Positions 1-11,400 of a stretch of 29,435 nt of DNA are shown one piece after another. Numbering within the stretch: the stretch's first letter is position 1; each line of letters begins with the position of its first letter. Source of the DNA: a virus (Duplodnaviria > Caudoviricetes); the IMG/VR virus record IMGVR_UViG_3300032304_000784, positions 1 through 29,435 of that record; one strand, given 5' to 3'. The position numbers and the translations under genes were made by a program. The notes beneath the pieces are model-generated. The model made no database searches. It was not told where the DNA came from and saw only the letters and a program-made list of their open reading frames with translations.

Positions 1-1
1 A

Positions 2-2413
2 CGTAACATCTATGCTATTGATACTAAAGAAGATGATAATATTGATCTTGTGTTTGCAGACGGTATCTACGGCAATCTGCCACAAGGTTCTTTTAGAGTA
101 TTTTATAGAACCAGCAATGGTCTATCGTATACCATATACCCTAACGAATTGAGAGGTATTAATATTTCTGTTTTGTATAGAAACAAAAATAATGTTGAGC
201 ACACACTAACTATAGGTTTAGCTTTACAGAGCACTGTGGCTAACTCTGCGGCATCAGAAGACATAGATAATATTCGCGCCAATGCTCCAGCAGTATATTA
301 CACTCAAAATAGAATGATTACTGCAGAAGATTATAATCTTGCGCCGTTACTAGGCTCGCAGAATATTGTAAAAATTAAAGCAGTGAATAGAACATCCAGC
401 GGCATTAGTAGAAATTTTGACATAATTGACGCCACCGGAAAATACAGTAGCATCAATATATTTGGAGACGACGGATATCTTTACAAACAAGAAGACGAAT
501 CAGTGTTGTCATTTAAATTTGCCAGTAGAATAGATATTATTAACTTCATCAGACGCAGTATAGAGCCAGTGTTTACAGAGGCTGACGTTTATAATTTTTA
601 TTTTACAAAATTCGATAAGATATTATTCACAGACGTTAACACTGTGTGGCAGTCTGTTACAAGTACTACAAGCACAGGATATTTTAAAAATGTGGTAGAC
701 AATTCTCAACTCAAGGTCGGACCGTATTCTACCAGCAACTTAAAATATGTGTTAGTTAATGCAGCTGTAAAATTTATTCCGCCTACAGGATTTAAATTTA
801 AAAAGGGAAAATTAGTTGCGACTAACACCAATGATGCTGATCAAACAGATTACATCTGGACAAAAATTGTTAAGATCACTGGAGACGGAACATATGTCAA
901 GGGACTAGGACCGATCACACTCAGCGATCTAGTGCCTACTGGCGCCGTAGCACAACGTATAGTACCGAGATTTGTCAGCGACCTGCCAGTTGCACTTGAA
1001 ACTGAAATCGTTAATCAGGTGTTTGATAATCAAACTTTTGGATTGAGATACGAGATTACAGAATCTCGATGGAAGTTGATCACTGCCAGTAATTTAAATC
1101 TAGTCAATGATTTCACTCTAGGAAAATCCGGAGATACAACCAATACTAACATAGACAGCTCTTGGGTCGTTGCTTTTGTCAAACAGCCTGACAGCTACAG
1201 CGTGAGAATTAGAAAGCAGTCTTATATTTTTGGTAGTGTCCAACAAAATAGATTTTATTTTGACAGCAATGAAAAACAGTACAATGACCAAGTAGGAGCA
1301 GTGGTCAAAGATCAGATTTCAGTGCTGGGAATTAATACCAGCAAAGATTTTATCACCGAGCTTAAACAGGACGTGCCATTTGAAATCAGCGACACGATAA
1401 AGTTTGACGACGGATACGAAAGCACCAACGAAATTAAACTAAGTTTTAGAGACGCCGATGACGACGGAGTTGTTGATAATCCCGAATCGTTTGAAAACAT
1501 CGTGGGACCAGACCAAGATTTAAATTTTTTATTTTTTCTATCTTCCAACGATGTCTACGGAACAGAAATCAAGTCACTTATAGACAACTCGAATGATTTA
1601 ATTTTAGTCAGACAAAAAGAAACTGAAATAATGTTTAATGATACCGCAACCTACCCTGATCAGCAATTGATATATTTCTATGACTCTGCTGAAAACATTG
1701 TTAAACGAGTAAATCGCACCACTAATACCTTGGACATAGCTAACGAATATACAGCAGTTGTTGGAAGAAGAAATCTTAAATTTCAATATACTCATAATGC
1801 TAGTGTAGATAGACGGATCGATCCTTCCACCAGCAATATCATTGATATATATTTGTTGATAAGAAGCTACGATGAAAGTTATAGAATATACCTCGCGGGT
1901 GGCACAACAATCGAACCAGTGGCTCCGACTAGCGATGTATTGAGAACTAACTTTGGTACAGCATTATCATCGATCAAATCTATCAGCGATGATATCATAT
2001 ATCATCCTGTGAAATACAAAGTGCTGTTCGGATCTAAAGCAGATCCTAAACTACAAGCAGTGTTTAAGATTGTTAAGAATCAAAATCGTTCAATCAATGA
2101 CAACGATCTCAAAGTCAGAGTAATCACAGCTATCAACAGTTTCTTTGATATCAATAATTGGGACTTCGGCGACAGGTTTTACATGGGCGAACTAACCACA
2201 TATATTTTAAACACAGTGTCTCCGGATCTCGCTAACATTGTGATAGTACCAAAGCAATCTAATCAATCATTTGGCAGTCTTTTTGAAATACAAAGCAGAT
2301 CAGACGAAATACTGATCAGCGCAGCCACAGTAGACGATATCGAAATCGTCTCTGCTATTACCGCATCCGAAATAGGTGCCAGCACTAACTCTATAGTATC
2401 AACAACTTATTAA
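2..2413 (+). CDS. Baseplate wedge protein, T4 gp6-like (5'-truncated by the window edge, with a large internal insertion)
   Basis: The frame is open from nt 2 (RNIYAIDTKEDDNIDLVFADGIYGNLP), so the GTG at 50 is not the real start. Contains the gp6 motifs 'I.FxDG..G..P' and 'EDIDNIRANAPAVYYTQNRMITAEDY', and a gp6/baseplate-J-like C-terminus 'DLKVRVITAINSFFDINNWDFGDRFYMGEL'. Confidence 0.85.
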   Translation, partial: RNIYAIDTKEDDNIDLVFADGIYGNLPQGSFRVFYRTSNGLSYTIYPNELRGINISVLYRNKNNVEHTLTIGLALQSTVANSAASEDIDNIRANAPAVYYTQNRMITAEDYNLAPLLGSQNIVKIKAVNRTSSGISRNFDIIDATGKYSSINIFGDDGYLYKQEDESVLSFKFASRIDIINFIRRSIEPVFTEADVYNFYFTKFDKILFTDVNTVWQSVTSTTSTGYFKNVVDNSQLKVGPYSTSNLKYVLVNAAVKFIPPTGFKFKKGKLVATNTNDADQTDYIWTKIVKITGDGTYVKGLGPITLSDLVPTGAVAQRIVPRFVSDLPVALETEIVNQVFDNQTFGLRYEITESRWKLITASNLNLVNDFTLGKSGDTTNTNIDSSWVVAFVKQPDSYSVRIRKQSYIFGSVQQNRFYFDSNEKQYNDQVGAVVKDQISVLGINTSKDFITELKQDVPFEISDTIKFDDGYESTNEIKLSFRDADDDGVVDNPESFENIVGPDQDLNFLFFLSSNDVYGTEIKSLIDNSNDLILVRQKETEIMFNDTATYPDQQLIYFYDSAENIVKRVNRTTNTLDIANEYTAVVGRRNLKFQYTHNASVDRRIDPSTSNIIDIYLLIRSYDESYRIYLAGGTTIEPVAPTSDVLRTNFGTALSSIKSISDDIIYHPVKYKVLFGSKADPKLQAVFKIVKNQNRSINDNDLKVRVITAINSFFDINNWDFGDRFYMGELTTYILNTVSPDLANIVIVPKQSNQSFGSLFEIQSRSDEILISAATVDDIEIVSAITASEIGASTNSIVSTTY

Positions 2414-2414
2414 T

Positions 2415-5400
2415 ATGGCCGATAAATTTCCTAACAGTCAACTACCTATACGCAGATCAGTAGAACTGCTACCAGTAATTTTTCAAACACCTGCCAACGA
2501 TAAATTTTTATCCGCGGTAGTTGATCCCTTAATACAGCCGGGCGTATTAGACAAAGTCGTTGGGTACCTTGGTCGTAGATATGGCAAAACATATAACGGC
2601 AACGACGTATATGTTGATACAGATGGCACATTGCGTAGCAGTTATCAACTTGAACCCGGTGTGATATTTAAAAATCACGATAAAATAGAAAATTTCTACG
2701 ACTATATTGATGTTAAAAATCAACTGAAATTTTTTGGGAACACCATAGAAAGAGATGACAAGATAACTAGTCAAACCCATTATACTTGGGATCCTCCTAT
2801 TGACTGGGATAAGTTTATTAACTACAGAGAATATTACTGGGAGCCACTCGGACCACGCAGTATTAATATTACAGGGCAGAGTGCTAATATCAACAGTACC
2901 TATAAGGTAGTATTAGGTACAACTAAAAATTCATTTGTATTCACTCCAGATGCATATACTAATAATCCCACACTGACTCTTTATCGAGGTCAGACCTATA
3001 AATTTAGAGTCAATGCTCCTGCTGAAGGATTTGCAATACGCACTAACTTTGACACAGGCAGTTTACTGTTTCAACCAAGCAGAAGTTATGCACAAGGCAG
3101 TCTTGTGGTCTATGATTCAAAACTATGGCGAGCTGTTAGAGATGTTACTAGTCTTGACACTAGTTCAATTACTATAGACAGCGAAGATTGGCAATATGTA
3201 GAACCTGCTAGCGAAGGCTCCGCATTAGACTATGACAACGGAATCACTAACAACGGTATTGAAAACGGTACCTTGACATTTGTAGTACCATATGATGCTC
3301 CCGACACACTGTATTATCAAAGTAAAATAACTCCGGATGCATTTGGTAGATTCGTCATTGCAGACATAGAAGAAAACACATTTGTTAATGTAGGGATTGA
3401 AATCATTGGTAAAACCACATATACCAGCGGCAACGGTATAGAATTCAGTAACGGTATGATTGTTGAGTTCTTGGGTAATATAACACCTGCTATCTATGCA
3501 AGAGATTCGTGGTTGGTAGAAGGTGTAGGCACAGCCATAACCTTGACTAGATTTAGTGATCTTGTAGTGCCAGTACTCAGCACTGAAGTTCCTGAAGTGT
3601 TGTTTGACAACGAAGGGTTTGACACACAGCCGTTTGATGATGCTACAGAGTATGCTGCATCTAAAGACTATATTACTATTGCCAGAGACAGTGTTGATAA
3701 TAATCCTTGGAGTAGATATAATCGTTGGTTCCATAGATCTGTTTTAGAAAAATCATATCAACTAAGGGGCCAGGATTTTCCAGCTAATGAAAATGCTAGA
3801 GCCAAACGTCCAATTATAGAATTTCGTGCAGGACTACAGCTGTTCAATCACGGTTCGACAGCCAAACAGACTGTGGATTATATAGACACAGCTACTACTG
3901 ATGTGTTTTCTATTATCGAAGGCGCCAAGGGATATAACATAGACGGAGAATTTATATTCCAAGGTGCAAGAATATTAGTAGTAGCAGACACCGACAAACT
4001 AGTTAATAATAAAATTTACACAGTAGAATTTATCAACCATAATGGAGTGTCTCAAATCCATCTAAATGAAAGTGATGACACTGAATCAATACTAGGGCAG
4101 TGTGTAACGGTGAGACGAGGCACCGTAAACAAAGGACTGATGTTCCATTATAACGGAACTGAATGGGTATCTAGCCAACCTAAGACCACTGTGAATCAAG
4201 CTCCACAGTTTGATGTGTATGATTCTAATGAAATCAGTTTCAGTGATCACTCTACATATGCAGACACAGAATTTACCGGGTCGAGTATATTAAGCTATAA
4301 ACCAGGTACTGCTAGAATCGACAAAGAACTAGGGTTCAGGATCAGTTATCTCAACATAGATAACATCGGCGACATAGAATTTAATTGGAATTTGGACACC
4401 GAAACATTTCGTTACACCATTAACAACTCCCCAGCACAGAAAAAAATATCTTCAGGTTTTTATAGATTTGGATCTGATAGATATGCCAATGGTTGGCAGA
4501 AACTAAATTCCAACTATATACAACCTATCATAGACGATCAAGTAGTAGAAACTATCACGGATACATTGGTGTTTAACACAGTGCAATGGGAAAGTCTAAC
4601 TACCGAACCTAACATACATTTCTATCTCAACGGCGAAAAATATACCGGCACATGGACAAGAAATCGTGACACCTTTGTGTTTAATAAACCGTTCGCGGTA
4701 AAAGATGTTGTAGTAATAAAACTTATTACAGATATCGACCCCGACCAGGGCTACTATGAAATGCCAGTGGGTCTAGAAAAAAACCCGTTTAATACCCCCA
4801 TTGAATCGTTTACTCTTGGACAGGCTGTTGATCATATTGCCAGCGCGATAGAATGGGATACCGAATTTACAGGAAAATTACCAGGATCTAGTAATCTAAG
4901 AGATCTTGAAGATTATAGACTGTTGGCAGGAAGATTTTTAAAACACAGCGGTAACACACCATTGGCTGTAATGACGTTATGTGACAAGACTCATAATATT
5001 ATAAAATCTATTCAATATGCTAAAAAAGAATACACAGATTTTAAAAACAATTTTCTACAACGAGCAGTTGAAATTGACTTCAATGATGATATAGTCGATT
5101 TTGTTGATGATATTATTAATAGTCTTACCTCAGTAAAAACAGCAAAAGATGCATTTGCTGATTCGGATATGATAGGTGCAGGTGCGTATACTGCATTACA
5201 GACAACGGTCGAAGATCCAGGCATCACGGTCTTTTCTTTAACACAGCCATTTGATCTAAAAACACCAAGCACCCGAGCTGTGTATGTTTACAAAAACGGT
5301 GTACAATTGTTAAACGCTCATGACTATGAATTTGATTCTACATTTAGTTTTGTAAAAATCTTGGAGTCATTGGTAGAAGGTGATGCTATTGAGATAAGAG

Positions 5401-8400
5401 AATATCTTAGCACGTCTACTAATCATATTCCTCCAACTCCCACAACTATGGGATTATACAAAAAATACACTCCGGTGAAATTTCTCGATGATACCTACCA
5501 GGAACCTAGATACGTAATTCAAGGACATGACGGCAGCATTACAGCAGCGTTCGGAGATTTTAGAGATGACCTGTTATTAGAACTCGAATTACGCATCTAC
5601 AATAACATCAAGCAAGAATATGATCCTGCAGTTTTTGACATAGATCAAATATTGGCCGGATACTACGGCGTGGGCGAATATTCTAAAGCTCAGTTAGATG
5701 CTATTGTAGTACAGGATTTTCTCAAGTGGATTCAAAACACTAATATCAATTACACCCTAAATGAATACTTCGACAGTGAGAACTCATTCACTTACACTTA
5801 TTCGAATATGTCAGATCCTACTAAAACTAAAAATATTCCTGGTTGGTGGAGAGGGGTGTATCAGCATTTTTATGACACAGATCGCCCTCATAGATGTCCT
5901 TGGGAAATGTTGGGATTCAGCCAACAGCCCACATGGTGGCAGGCTGAATACGGCTCGGCACCGTATACTAGTAATAACTTAATTTTATGGGAAGACCTCG
6001 AAGCTGGTATTATTCGCCAAGGTGTCCGAGCCGGAAGATACGATAGATACAAACGTCCTGGATTAATTTCACATATTCCTGTTGATGGCGACGGTAAGTT
6101 GCTGAGTCCGTTAGACTCTAACCTAGCACAGGATTTTTCGTTGATCAACAATCGCGGACCGTTTGTGCTAGGGGATGTGAGTCCGGTGGAATACGCATGG
6201 AGATCCAGTTCTGAATGGCCCTACGCAATAGTTACCGCTATGTGTTTAATGAAACCATTCGAATATATACCTGATAATTTTGACAGATCGAAAATCATAA
6301 AAAACAAGCTAGATCAATATGTGAACTCCACCACAAATTTATTTGTGACTATCGCAGACATCGCACCTTACGTGACAAATCCTACAGCATTAGGATTAGT
6401 AAAATATCTAACCAGCTATACAAAATCTCAAGGATTGTCTTCAGACAGTCTACAGACTAAAATAGAAAAATTAGATGTGGCTCTTAGTTTTAGAATGAGT
6501 GGGTTTGTTGATCAACAACAACAGAAATATCTATTAGATTCTAAAAACCCTGCAGCTACTACTTCTGGAATTTTTATTCCTTCAGAAAACTATGACATTA
6601 TATTCAATGTCAGCAGTCCGGTAACCACAGTAAGCTATAGTGGAGTGAGACTGGAAAAAACTGCAGGCGGCTGGATAGTTGCAGGTTATGATGATATTCA
6701 TCCCTACTTCAATTACCATCAAGTGCAGGCCAGCAGCAAAGATCCTATAATTTCTGTAGGTGGTGTTAGTGAATCATTTACAGACTGGATTGAAGACAAA
6801 AACTACAACAATGGCACACTAGTAAGATATCAAAGTAATTTTTATCGCGCCTTGAAAACTCATCGTAGCGGAGGAGATTTCGATCGTGGCCAATGGCAGA
6901 AACTAGGCGATGTACCTAAAGTAGGCGCAATAGAAGCTCAACGTAGACGTGTGTTTAATACATTATCGGTGAGACAGATCAGTTACGGAACGATGCTGAC
7001 CTCTATACAAGAAGTGGTGGATCTGTTATTAGGTTATGAAAGCTATTTGAAAACACAAGGAATCATCTTTGATAATTATGACCCTCAAAACGCTACAAGT
7101 CAAGATTGGCTCAGTGCTGCTAAAGAATTCATGTTCTGGACCAAACACAATTGGGAACCAGGTGCTATCATTGCCCTAAGCCCTTCTGCACAAAAATTAG
7201 AGATTTCAGTACCAGTAGGAACACCGGACAATTTATTAGACGGATTCTATGACTACCAGATCCTCAAAGGTGACGGAACACCATTAGCTCCAAGATTTTT
7301 AAATGTTAATAGAAGCTTTCAGAATCTCAAGATAGAAACTACAAATACCACTGACGGTATCTACTATGCAAGGCTGCATTATGTAATAAAAGAACATGTC
7401 ACTGTATTTGATGATCGTACAGTATTCAACGATATTATCTATGACAAGCCTACAGGATATCGTCAAGGTCGTATTAAAATGCAGGCCTTCCGCACAGTGG
7501 ATTGGGACGGAGACTATACTAGTCCGGGTTTCTTATTTGACAATGTTGATATACAGACTTGGCAACCGTTTAAAGATTACAAACTGGGGGATATTGTAGC
7601 TTACAAATCTTATGATTGGACCAGCCTTGTAAGTCAATTAGGCACAGAAGAATTCAATGATGCTAACTGGACCAAACTAGATTCGAAACCAGTTAAACAG
7701 TTGGTGTCAAACTTTGATTACAAAATAAAACAATTCAGCGATTATTTTGAAACTTCGTCTCAAGGACTAGATCAAAGTCAAAGAGAATTAGCTAGACATG
7801 CCATAGGTTATCAACAGAGAGACTATCTACAAAATCTTGCAGAAGATTCTGTGAGCCAATACCAACTGTATCAAGGATTTATCAGAGAAAAAGGTACCGC
7901 AAACAGCGTGACTAAAATCTTTAACAAGCTCAGCAGATCGGGATCTGACAGTATTGTACTCAATGAGGAATGGGCCTTTAGACTAGGGCAGGTTGGTGGA
8001 GTTGATCAATTTTCAGAAATTGAAATACAACTAGAAAAGAATAAATTTAAATTAGATCCACAGCCGCATTTGGTAACCAGCAGCGACACGCCGAACGCTT
8101 TAGATCAATATTATAGATTCACAGCTAATAATTTTACAATTTCGTTAATTCCCTACACTGTAGATATTTTACCTACTACTGTAGATCTAGAACCGGAATT
8201 AACTGCCGGCTACGTTAGTGCAGGCCAGTATCAACATGTAATTGGCACAATGGATCAATTAACTACGCTGGACATAGCTACTGTTAAAGAAAATGATCAT
8301 ATCTGGGTAACATTCGATCAGGACTCGTGGCAGATACTGCGAGTCAACGAGTCACCATTGTTATATGTTATAGAAGCGGTACGTATAGATGATACTGTAG

Positions 8401-11400
8401 TTACTCTGACGCTAAACAGACCACACTCAGTAGCAGTTGATGATTATGTGGGATTCCGTGAGATCGTTAATCTTAGCGGATTCTTCAAAGTTAGTGCGGT
8501 AACTAATACCACCATTACAGTTGTGGTTAGTACAGATGCTCTAGATCCTGAGTTGGATTCCAGCACCACAGTTAATATTCAATTGTTAACCACAGCAAGA
8601 TTCGCTGACTACACAGCTGTCGATCAACATCCAGCAGCACTGTTGAAAAACGAATCATTGGTGTTTGTAGACAATAACGGCGATAATCAGTGGGAAGTGG
8701 TACAGAAAAATAAATTATATACTGCGAAATCTATAGTAGATTTTGGCACTTCAGCGCCATTGCTCACCGGCGCTAAGGTTGTTTACGACAATATCAATAA
8801 ACATGTGATCAGCAGCATGCCTGGTTCTGGATTTGTAAATGTGTATGTAGAAACAGACGCAGGTCTGTCGTTAAAACAGATTATAGCACCTCCTATTGGA
8901 TTCTACGACATTGCTCTAGGATCGTTTGGTGAAAAAATGGCAGTGAGCCCAGACGGCAAATATCTAGTGATTGGTGCGCCTACAGCCAGCGGCGTAGTGA
9001 ACAGATATATGGGAGAGTGGCAAACTGAAGTAGCCTATGAACAAGATGATGTTGTGTTATACGGCGGCAGACTTTATAGAGCACTAAATGCCAACGGCAA
9101 TTTTCTAGGAGAAGGCGATGGTAGTACCCAAGTAGCTATAAATTCAGATGATTGGGTCCAACACACCACAGTTATTCCTGCTGAAACATCAGCACGTAAT
9201 CCTGGTTACTATCAACAAGGCATGGTTGCAGTATACGAATTTGTCAGCGGAAGATATATCAATACCGAAGCCTTTGTAAGCCCTAGACCAACAGACAATG
9301 AAAAATTTGGATCAGAAATTACTATCGGAGTCAACGGAACCGAATATTATCTAGCAGTATCCGCCATAGGTTCTTACAACAATACAGGTAGAGTATATCT
9401 CATCAAGTACACCGGAACTGAGTGGACACACATGGAAAATCCTTTATACAAGGGTGTCTATAATCTGTTTGATTCGTATATGCAAGGTGACATAGTATGG
9501 CAAGCTTCTCAAGATCCTGTAGGAGAAGCTGTTCGTGGCAACCTATGGCAGAGCCTAGATGGGTCAACATCAGACGGCAGTACTATCACTCTAGATTCTC
9601 AGAACTGGCTAAAGGTCAGTAATATTTCTACACACTGTTCATTACCTACAAATATTTCTGTAGAAGATGACGGGTCTACCTTAGAATTTACAACTACAGG
9701 ATTATTAACAGATACACAAAAAGCAGAATTAGTCAAGCAAGGAGATCAATTTGGTTTTTCCATGACCATGAGCAGTGATGGCAGTATATTGGTCATAGGC
9801 GCACCTGACAGTGACGGTGCCTACTTTGCTAATTATAGAGGTCTATGGCGTGCCGATGTAGAATATGTTGAAGGCGAAACAGTTAGATATCGAGGATCAC
9901 CTAGTGAGTCATATCAGTACTATCAGTTAGGGGATGCATTTTTAGGTCCAGATAGTACATATCGTAGTTATAACGAAGATCCGTCCGGCAGTGCAAGTTG
10001 GCAACAGGTCGGAGATAGCACAACAACTACCAGTGGTAAAATTTTTGTTTACAAGAAAACTCAGTATGATTCCTATGAACTCACTCAGATGATCAATGCT
10101 GGCTCGCTGGCTTCGTTTACTGATATTGATTCTGGATTAGTTATTAGCACAGGAGATCAATTTGGATTTAGTATGGACATGGATTCCAATGGAACTACCT
10201 TGGCGGTTTCTTGCCCTAAATCAGATGTAAACTATCAAGATCAAGGCGCTGTGTATGTATTAGAACTAGACCAGCCAGTTACTGAATTCCGTGTGAAACA
10301 GCGTTTACAGAGCTATGAAATCTATGCCAACGAATATTTTGGATTTGCTGTGTCGGTGAGTCCTGATAGTACAAAAATTGCCGTAGGCGCTAGAAATACC
10401 AAAACACCGTCTCCTGTCAACTTTGATCTATTAGAAGGTACCACCTTTGATAGTAGTAGAACAAGATTTTATGTAGACCAAGGATTTACTGGCGGAGTCT
10501 ATGTGTTTGATAAAAAAGATCAAATATTTTTCCTCACTGAAAAACTTGACAGCGATTTACAAGCAGACGAATCGTTTGGTCACAGCATAGATTGTGTAGG
10601 CACAAAGTTACTGGTGGGGTCTCCTTACTATAAAAATTTAGTGACTAACACCTATCAAGGAATTGCTCGTTTGTTTACATCCAATACCCCCGGCGCAAGT
10701 TGGACCATGTTGACTAACCAACAGCCGTTGGTTGATCTAAGAAAGATCAAGAAAATCGAACTCTATGACAATGTTAAAAATGTAAAAATACAAGATGTAG
10801 ATTATATAGACGCTGCAAAAGGAAAAATACTTAACATTGCTGAACAGGAATTAAAATATAAAACTCCATATGATCCAGCGGTCTATACTATAGGCACAAC
10901 TGAAGTAGTAGTAGATACTACTATTAACTGGCTGGAAAAAAATGTAGGCAAGCTATGGTGGAATACCGGCACGGCTAAGTTCCAATACGCAGAACAAAAA
11001 GATTCTGCCTATAGAATAGGAAATTGGAATCAGCCAGTTCAAGGTGCCAGCATTGATGTTTATGAATGGGTAGAAACAGTATTATTACCTAGTGAATGGG
11101 CAGCACTAGCAGACACCAACGCAGGTCTGGCTCAAGGAATCAGCGGACAACCTTTGTATCCCAATGATGATGTTTACAGTGTGAAATTTTTCTTTAGTTC
11201 AACCACTGGTCAAGTTTCAGAAACATTATACTATTACTGGGTTAGAAGCAAGGCGGTAACGCCATCTAACATGGCGGATCGTAAACGATCAGCAGCCGAA
11301 GTCGCGAACTTAATTTCTAATCCCGCAGGTACTGGTATTGCATTTATAGCATTTTTGCAATCAGACAAGTTCTTAAGTTATAATTTTAAATCAATTATGC

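Noticed and set aside
50-52. GTG at 50 as start of the gp6-like gene
   Set aside because: The frame is open from the window edge and the codon lies inside a conserved gp6 motif, so the true start is upstream.
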